In this document: piece after piece, positions 57,902 through 64,000 of the stretch | Numbering within the stretch: the stretch's first letter is position 1 | Layout of the letters: the number at the start of each line of letters is the position of its first letter | Assembly (NCBI GenBank): GCA_963667465.2 | Contig: CAXXDN010000002.1 | Coordinates: 1,568,001-1,632,000 of the forward strand | Source: Dehalococcoidia bacterium | Lineage (GTDB): Bacteria; Chloroflexota; Dehalococcoidia; UBA2979 | Direction of reading: 5' to 3' | Length of the DNA: 64,000 nucleotides | Notes under the pieces: generated by a model | Databases searched by the model: none | The model's input: the letters and a program-made list of their open reading frames with translations, nothing else | What the model was told of the DNA's origin: nothing | Program-made: the position numbers and the translations under genes

Positions 57902-58921
57902 CTACGGCAGCATCGTGGGCAACACCCACATAGGCGTCTCGCCGACCTCGTACGTCTCGAGCGGCGTGAGCGTCCCGCTCTCGCCGTCCACCCGGTACGA
58001 GGTGAGGCGGCCGGACTCGAGCCCGCTGGCGAACACGAAGCGCCCGCTCGGATCGAGGCCGAACGCGCGCGGGACGGGCTCGGCCGCGACGCGTCCGGTG
58101 GCCGTCAGTAGCCCCGTCGCGTCATCGAGGGCGAAGCTCGCGACGCTGTTGTGCCCCCGGTTCGGTGCGAAGAGGAACCTCCCCGACGGGGTGATCTGGA
58201 TCTGCGAGCAGGAGTTGCCACCGTCGAAGTCGGCGGGGAGCGTCGAGACGGTCTGCACGGGAGCGAGCGTTCCGCTCTCCCGGTCGAATGCCCAGGCAGT
58301 CACGCTGCAGCCCTGCTCGTTCGAGGTGTAGACAAGGTCCTTGTCCGGATGGAAGCAGAGGTGGCGCGGCCCGTCCTCGCCCTCGGGCTTGGCCATGGCC
58401 GGGTCGTTGGGCGTCAGCTCGCCGCTGCGTTCGTCGAACCTGAACTGGAAGACCGCGTTGGGGCCCCGGTTCTCGATGTGCGGAACGAAGACGAAGCGGT
58501 TCGAGGGGTCCGTCTGGATCGAGTGCGCCCCGGTCGCCGTGTCGAGCCAGTGCACGGCCGGACCGCCGAGGGCGCCGGCGGCGTCCAGCGGGTGCACGGC
58601 CACCTTGCCGATGAAGTAGTAGGACGAGAACAGGAAGTTCCCGTTGCGGTCGGTGGCGACGAAGTTCGGCTCACCCTCGAGCGGTACCGTCCCCGTCATC
58701 GAGAGATCGCCCGTGTCGGGGTCAACATCGAAGCTCGACATCAGGCGCTCGTTGCGGCGCCCGACGTACATGCGCCTCCGCTCGGGATCGAGGGCGAGTG
58801 GCGCCGGTCCCCCCGACACCTCGATCTCGTGCCGCTGCTCGAGCCGGCCATCGGTGGGGTCCATCACGTAGCGCAGGATCTTGTCGTCGCCCTGCAGTGA
58901 GACGTAGACGTAGGTGGTCAT
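57902..58921 (-). CDS. 6-phosphogluconolactonase-like beta-propeller (lactonase family)
   Basis: GAHSI, GPRHLCFHP, NRGHNSV, PRAF. Confidence 0.9.
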   Translation of the reverse strand: MTTYVYVSLQGDDKILRYVMDPTDGRLEQRHEIEVSGGPAPLALDPERRRMYVGRRNERLMSSFDVDPDTGDLSMTGTVPLEGEPNFVATDRNGNFLFSSYYFIGKVAVHPLDAAGALGGPAVHWLDTATGAHSIQTDPSNRFVFVPHIENRGPNAVFQFRFDERSGELTPNDPAMAKPEGEDGPRHLCFHPDKDLVYTSNEQGCSVTAWAFDRESGTLAPVQTVSTLPADFDGGNSCSQIQITPSGRFLFAPNRGHNSVASFALDDATGLLTATGRVAAEPVPRAFGLDPSGRFVFASGLESGRLTSYRVDGESGTLTPLETYEVGETPMWVLPTMLP

Positions 58922-58966
58922 TCGTTGCCTTCCCCTCGGCGCATGCGGGCTGTGCGAGCCCGTGCG

Positions 58967-59293
58967 TCAGCTGTCGCGCGATCGTGAGCGGCGGCGGGAG
59001 CCCCTGGCCTGTGCGTCCGGGGCGAGCACCGCCTCGGCGTGCTCGATATCCGCGAGCGCCTGCCGGAACACCACCTGCTTGAGATAGGTCTGGTACGGGA
59101 CACCGAGGATCGCCGCCGCGCGCTTCACGACGGCGATCTGGCCCTTACCCCAGCGCAGGGTGACGCTGCCGGTCGCGAGCTCCCGGTCGGCCTCAGCCTC
59201 CAGACGCGAGACGAGTTCGGAGACGCTGGCGTCTTCCTCGACACGCTCGTCGACGACTTTCATCTCGCGGGACTTGCGCGGCCTGGCCATCAT
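58967..59293 (-). CDS. CopG/RHH-type putative antitoxin (BrnA-like)
   Basis: VTLRW...VKRAA..LGVPYQTYLK. Confidence 0.75.
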   Translation of the reverse strand: MMARPRKSREMKVVDERVEEDASVSELVSRLEAEADRELATGSVTLRWGKGQIAVVKRAAAILGVPYQTYLKQVVFRQALADIEHAEAVLAPDAQARGSRRRSRSRDS

Positions 59294-59565
59294 TCCTCCT
59301 CCCGTTCGAAGCAGCTGATCACGATCACCGAGTCGTCGTGGGGGTGGCGCGTCCAGTAGAGGCCGTGCGTTTCGGTCGCGCTCTCAAACCGCTGTCGCGC
59401 CTCATCCCAAGAACTCTCTCCCCCGTTGAAGAACGTGCGGGTCGCATCCTCCGGCGTCGTACCGTGCCGCAATGTGATGTGCAGCATCTCTGGTACCTCC
59501 GCGTCGTAGTAGCAGCGAAAGCGCTCAGCACCGGCCTCGATGATCAGCGCCTCGCGAATCGGCAT
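59290..59565 (-). CDS. Putative BrnT/RelE-like toxin
   Basis: HG..PE....F, R, VIVISC pattern; ATGA coupling to RHH gene; leaderless TACACT. Confidence 0.55.
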   Translation of the reverse strand: MPIREALIIEAGAERFRCYYDAEVPEMLHITLRHGTTPEDATRTFFNGGESSWDEARQRFESATETHGLYWTRHPHDDSVIVISCFEREEE

Positions 59566-59574
59566 GCCGCGAGT

Positions 59575-59593
59575 GTACTGCAAATAGCATTAC
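59575..59593. promoter_or_regulatory. Imperfect palindrome, candidate antitoxin operator
   Basis: GTACTGC-AAATA-GCATTAC overlapping the -10. Confidence 0.45.
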
Positions 59594-59626
59594 ATTGGGT
59601 GGCTCTTCCGGACACTGCTGGTACAG

Positions 59627-60874
59627 CTAGATCGCGCCGGCCGCGCGTAGCGACTCGATCTCCCCGGCGTCGAGGCCGATCTCCGCCAGCACCTCAGCGG
59701 TGTGCTCGCCGACGAGGGGAGCGCGGCGCGTGATCGCGAGCGGGGAGTCGGAGTACAGACCCCAGCTGCCGGGGTAGCGGAAGCTGTCGCCGAGCTCGGG
59801 ATGTTCGACGTCGACCCAGTAGCCGCGGTCCTCCCAGTGCGGGTCCGCGAGGATCTCGTCGACGCTGCGCACGGCGCCCCACGGCAGCCCGCGCTCCTGC
59901 GCCCCCCGGCAGGCCTCCTCGGCGGTGACCTGCGGGAAGAAGGCGTGCAACACGTCCGCGATGTGCTCCTGGCTCTCCTCGACGACCTGCGCGTCGCGGT
60001 AGCGCTCGTCCAGGAGGTCGGCGGCGGCGCCGTACTCGTCCATCCACTCGGCGAAGATGCGGACCCGCTCGGGCGAGATCCGCTGGTTGAACATCGCGTT
60101 GATGTAGGTGCCGTCCTTGCAGAGGTACTGCGTCCGGGGGCGCGGCATCGACCAGGCCGAGTGGCGGCCCGTCTGGCGGCGGACGACACGGCCAGTCGAG
60201 AAGTAGGTTGGGATCGCCGACTCCGTGGTGAGCGAGCAGGCCTCGTGGATCGAGACATCGAGGTGCTGGCCCTCACCGCTCATGTCGCGGTAGACGATCG
60301 CGGCGCTGATCGCGACGAGGGCGAAGTGGCAGCCGATGTGCCAGGCGTTGCCGCCGCCCGGCGCGATCGGCGGCGCGTCCGGGTTGTCCTCCTCGTCGTA
60401 GCCGCACTGCGCCATCTGGCCGCCGGCCGCCAGTTGCACGAGGTCCGTCGTCTGGAAGTCGCGCCAGGGGCCGTCCTGACCGAAGGGCGTGAGCGAGCAG
60501 TAGATCAGCCGCGGGTCGGCGCTGCGCAACTCGTCCGGGCCGAGACCGAGCGCCGCCAGCCGGCCGGGCGGCTGCGTCTCGAGGAAGACGTCGGCGCCGG
60601 CGACGAGGCGACGCAGCATCGGGCCGCCCTCGGCACTCTCGATGTCGAGCGTGATCCCGCGCTTGCCGCTGTTGTAGTGCCAGAAGGAGAGACTGCGGTC
60701 CGGGTGCGGCTCGTCGTGGTGGTAGGGACCGACCCGGCGCTCGGGCGCGCCTCCCGGCGGCTCGACCTTGATCACGTCCGCGCCGAGGTCGGCGAGCAGC
60801 CGTCCGCACCACTGGCCCTGCTCGCCGGCCAGCTCGACCACGCGGAGATCCGCGAGCGGGCCGCCGGCCGTCAC
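59627..60874 (-). CDS. CaiB/BaiF CoA-transferase (family III)
   Basis: PLADLRVVEL, LADLGADVIKVEPP, NSGKR, TPFGQDGP. Confidence 0.95.
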   Translation of the reverse strand: MTAGGPLADLRVVELAGEQGQWCGRLLADLGADVIKVEPPGGAPERRVGPYHHDEPHPDRSLSFWHYNSGKRGITLDIESAEGGPMLRRLVAGADVFLETQPPGRLAALGLGPDELRSADPRLIYCSLTPFGQDGPWRDFQTTDLVQLAAGGQMAQCGYDEEDNPDAPPIAPGGGNAWHIGCHFALVAISAAIVYRDMSGEGQHLDVSIHEACSLTTESAIPTYFSTGRVVRRQTGRHSAWSMPRPRTQYLCKDGTYINAMFNQRISPERVRIFAEWMDEYGAAADLLDERYRDAQVVEESQEHIADVLHAFFPQVTAEEACRGAQERGLPWGAVRSVDEILADPHWEDRGYWVDVEHPELGDSFRYPGSWGLYSDSPLAITRRAPLVGEHTAEVLAEIGLDAGEIESLRAAGAI

Positions 60875-62259
60875 GAGGCGGCTCCAGATCCGGCTGCCGC
60901 CTCCGCCTCAAGGTAAGGCTCGATCGGCAGGTCGTCGGGCCAGATCGAGCCGTCCCGGTAGCCCTCGCCAAGCTCCTCCGCGCTGAGGCCGAGCAGGCCG
61001 CACAGCACCTCGCGATTGTGCTCCCCAATGAGCGGAGCGGCCCTGCGCGACGTGGTCCCGGTCGCCGATGCGCGGAAGGGGAGGTTCTGGTAGCCCATCG
61101 GGCCGAGCCCGGCGTGCGGAAGCTCCGTGAACATCCCGCGATGGCGGAGCTGCGGATCGCGCGTGACGCGGTCCTCGTTGCTCTGGACGGGCATCGCGGG
61201 GACGCCGGCAGCCTGGCAGCGTTCGGCCAGCTCGTACTTCTCGAGGGTCTGCGTCCACGCCTCGATCTGATGGTCGAGATCCTCCTGGTGCGCGACCCGG
61301 CCGTCGTTGGCGGCGAAGCGGGACGCGCGCGCCCACTCGGGGTCGCCCATCACTCCGGCGAGGGCGCTCCATTGCTCGTCGTCGCGGCAGACGATCGCGC
61401 ACCAGTCGTTGTAGCCGCCGGGGGCCGTGCGGTAGGCGTTGTGGGGGGCGACCAGCGGGCCGCGGTAGTTGTCGAGGAGCGGCGTCCCCGGCCAGTGCGT
61501 GCGGTTGCCGGGCGGGAAGCCCTCGCGGCGCATCGGCCGGCCGTTGACGGTCGCGTCGAGGATCGCCGCTCCGGCGAGCGCGATCCCCGAGCCGACCTGC
61601 GAGAGGTCGACATGCTGGCCGCGGCCGGTCACGTGGCGGTGGTGGAGCGCCGTCATCACGGCGATCGCACCGTAGATGCCTCCGGTGTCATCGAGGTACG
61701 ACCAGCCCCAGCCGGCCGGCGGCTCGCCCGGCAGCCCGGAGAGGAACGTCATCCCGGAGAGCGCCTGCGCGCTCGGCCCGTAGGTGCGATAGGGGTGATC
61801 GCGGCCGGTGTGCCCGAGGGCGGAGAGCGAGACGTAGATGATGTCCTGCTTGATCTCACGCAGCTGCTCGTAGCCGAGCTCCCAGCGCTGCATCACCCGC
61901 GACGTGAAGTTCTCGATCACGACGTCGGAGACGGCGATCAGGCGCTTCAGCAACTCGCGGCCTCGCAGGTTGCGAAGGTTGAGGGTGACGCTGCGCTTGT
62001 TGACGTTCTTCTCGCTGAACCAGTGGCTGTTGTTGAGGTTCGGCTCGATGTGCTCGGGCCGGCCGGTGTTCGTGTAGCGGTCGTTGTGGTGGACAGAGCC
62101 GGGCGCGGGCCACTCGACCTTGATCACCTCCGCGCCGAGCGTGCCGAGGATGCGCGTGCCCCAGGGCCCGGCGCGCACCCAGCTGAGATCGACGACGCGC
62201 ACGCCCTCGAGGGCACGCGCACCGCCGCGGGCCGGCTGCCCGCCAGATCGCTCGCTCAT
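60871..62259 (-). CDS. CaiB/BaiF CoA-transferase (family III)
   Basis: ALEGVRVVDLSW..AGP, NKRSVTLNL, ENFT, GRGQHVDLSQ. Confidence 0.95.
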   Translation of the reverse strand: MSERSGGQPARGGARALEGVRVVDLSWVRAGPWGTRILGTLGAEVIKVEWPAPGSVHHNDRYTNTGRPEHIEPNLNNSHWFSEKNVNKRSVTLNLRNLRGRELLKRLIAVSDVVIENFTSRVMQRWELGYEQLREIKQDIIYVSLSALGHTGRDHPYRTYGPSAQALSGMTFLSGLPGEPPAGWGWSYLDDTGGIYGAIAVMTALHHRHVTGRGQHVDLSQVGSGIALAGAAILDATVNGRPMRREGFPPGNRTHWPGTPLLDNYRGPLVAPHNAYRTAPGGYNDWCAIVCRDDEQWSALAGVMGDPEWARASRFAANDGRVAHQEDLDHQIEAWTQTLEKYELAERCQAAGVPAMPVQSNEDRVTRDPQLRHRGMFTELPHAGLGPMGYQNLPFRASATGTTSRRAAPLIGEHNREVLCGLLGLSAEELGEGYRDGSIWPDDLPIEPYLEAEAAAGSGAAS

Positions 62260-62266
62260 CGCCGCC

Positions 62267-62737
62267 TCAGTTCTCGAAACGCCAGCCGTCGGCCGCCTCG
62301 CCGCTGACGCGCCAGCGCGGCACGACGAAGGCGTCCTCCGGCGCGTGATCGTAGACCACCTCGACGGGCGCGCCGATTGCCGCGGCGTCCTCGTCGTCGA
62401 CGAGCACGCCGCCGATGCGCACCGGCTCGCCATTCGCGTTCGCGCAGTCGGGAAGCTCGACGAGCGCGACAACGTAGGGGACTGCCTCGCGGAAGGCGGC
62501 GAGCACCGGGTGGCAGACGACGACGTAGCCTGCGATCACGCCCCGCCCTGCGGACTCGTGCCAGCCGAGGTTCAGCGAGCGGCACGAGGGGCAGACCGGG
62601 CCGGGTGGGAACCAGCGGTGCGCGCAATCCTCGCAGCTGCGGACGAGCAGGCGGTGCGCGGCCGTGCCTTCCCACCAGCCGGCGCTGTCGAGGTCGGGCT
62701 GGTGGTTGATCAGCGAGTAGTCGATTGGCCCCGGCAT
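62267..62737 (-). CDS. DUF35 Zn-ribbon/OB-fold protein (ChsH2-like)
   Basis: CEDC...PP..VCPSC, GRG, PYVVALVEL. Confidence 0.92.
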   Translation of the reverse strand: MPGPIDYSLINHQPDLDSAGWWEGTAAHRLLVRSCEDCAHRWFPPGPVCPSCRSLNLGWHESAGRGVIAGYVVVCHPVLAAFREAVPYVVALVELPDCANANGEPVRIGGVLVDDEDAAAIGAPVEVVYDHAPEDAFVVPRWRVSGEAADGWRFEN

Positions 62738-62755
62738 CGTGCCTCCCCGGCGCTG

Positions 62756-64000
62756 CTAGCGGCGCAGCGCGACGGACCAGCCCTGGGCGGTGCCGCCGCC
62801 GCCGACGCTGAACGAGATCGTCGGGGGGCTCGGGTCGTTCCAATTGTCGCTCCGCCGGTCCTCGCGGCTGCGGACCTGGCGGCAGCCGCCCGCGCGGTCG
62901 TAGTGGTGCTCCCCGTCCGCCCAGCCGGGGCAGTAGTCGTCGGCCTTGCCGCGCAGCTGGCGCGTCATCTCGATCAGGTAGCCGACGCCGTGGGCGTAGC
63001 CCTCGGAGAGTTGGCCGCCGTTGGTGTTCTGCGGCAGCTCGCCGTCGAGGCCGATCCGCCCATCGCCGATGAAGGCTCCGCCCTCGCCCTCGCCGCAGAA
63101 GCCGAACGCCTCGAGGTACTTCATCGGCGTGGTGGTGAAGTTGTCGTACATCGTGACGATGTCGATGTCCTCGCGGTCGATGCCGGCGTTGGTGAAGGCG
63201 CGCTCGCCGATGTACTTGCTCCAGCCGGCGTTGACGTCCTGCAGTGCCCAGACCCAGTACGGCTGGTAGGAGGAGGCGCGCGCGTTCCCGCCGAGGATGT
63301 AGACGGGCGGCTGCGCGAGGTCACGCGCCCGCTCCGCGGAGGTGAGGATCAGGCAGCCGGCGACGTCGTTCTCCTGGCAGCAGTCGAGCAGCCGGAACGG
63401 CTTCGTGATCCAGCGCGAGTTCTGGTGGTCGTCGATGGTGATCACCTCGCGGCGCGTGGCCTTCGGGTTGTTGGTCGCGGCCTTGCGCTGGGTGACGGCA
63501 AGCTCGGCCATGTTGAGCGTGCTGTAGCCGTAGCGGTGGAGGTAGGCCATCGCTTCCATCGCGAAGCGGGTGGGCGCGCCGCGGATCCCCCACGGGATCT
63601 CGTACTGGTTCATGCCGCTCGCGAGTTGGGGCTGCGCGGCCCCGGGCTCCGAGCCTCGGGCGGTGGGGGCGCCGCCGCCCATGCGCACGCCGGAGCGACC
63701 GTTCATCGAGCGGAAGATCGCGATCGCTTCGCAGTGGCCGCCCTCGAGCAGGCCGACGGACTGGTGCACGAGCTGGCCGATGCTGTTGCCGCCGCCGAGG
63801 ATGTCGACGCCCACGTTGGTGCGGATGCCGAGCGCGGTCGCGACCTGGTCGTTCGTGCAGGAGTCGCCGGCGGAGGTCTGATGGCTGGTGATGCCGTCGA
63901 TCTCGTCGATGGCGAGGCCCGCGTCGCGGGCGGCCTTGAGGATCGCCTCGCAGGCCATCGAGAGCGTGGTCCGGCCCGACCAGCGCGAGTACTCGGTCTC
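62756..64000 (-). CDS. Thiolase-like (SCP2/Ltp2-type) protein, 5' end outside window
   Basis: NNPKA, LLDCCQEND, YDNFT, NTNGGQLSEGYAHG. Confidence 0.9.
   Translation of the reverse strand, partial: ETEYSRWSGRTTLSMACEAILKAARDAGLAIDEIDGITSHQTSAGDSCTNDQVATALGIRTNVGVDILGGGNSIGQLVHQSVGLLEGGHCEAIAIFRSMNGRSGVRMGGGAPTARGSEPGAAQPQLASGMNQYEIPWGIRGAPTRFAMEAMAYLHRYGYSTLNMAELAVTQRKAATNNPKATRREVITIDDHQNSRWITKPFRLLDCCQENDVAGCLILTSAERARDLAQPPVYILGGNARASSYQPYWVWALQDVNAGWSKYIGERAFTNAGIDREDIDIVTMYDNFTTTPMKYLEAFGFCGEGEGGAFIGDGRIGLDGELPQNTNGGQLSEGYAHGVGYLIEMTRQLRGKADDYCPGWADGEHHYDRAGGCRQVRSREDRRSDNWNDPSPPTISFSVGGGGTAQGWSVALRR

Noticed and set aside
4723-59593. Integron or prophage explaining the cassettes
   Set aside because: No integrase, attC-like sites or phage structural genes in the window

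Overview
Very GC-rich bacterial chromosome segment; gene content (cofE/npdG, cimA plus leu/ilv cluster, cobT-cobS-cobU, LexA with a GAAC-N4-GTTC box, many SDR/CoA-transferase/LLM genes) suggests Chloroflexota, probably Dehalococcoidia-like (inference). The backbone is housekeeping (holA, lexA, branched-chain amino acid synthesis, cobamide salvage, proteases) plus a catabolic cluster at 47.6-64 kb. Small accessory modules sit between core genes with no integrase nearby: a DUF5131 (radical-SAM-like)-TcmP pair with a perfect LexA box, two HicAB pairs (one divergent and bracketed by a 26-bp direct repeat), a DUF3800 gene followed by a structured non-coding segment, a DUF2442/DUF4160 pair and a BrnT/BrnA-like pair. 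An IS110 element has a readable bridge-RNA region whose donor guides match its own ends and whose target guide matches a local palindromic repeat; an IS5 sits 9 bp away in the same repeat. Non-coding features include a c-di-AMP riboswitch with Rex-like boxes ahead of a tiny Zn-ribbon gene, three candidate Leu/Val/Ile leader peptides without U-tract terminators, a 15-bp tandem repeat before lexA, and three orphan duplicated gene 3' ends. All calls are by eye; no database searches were run.
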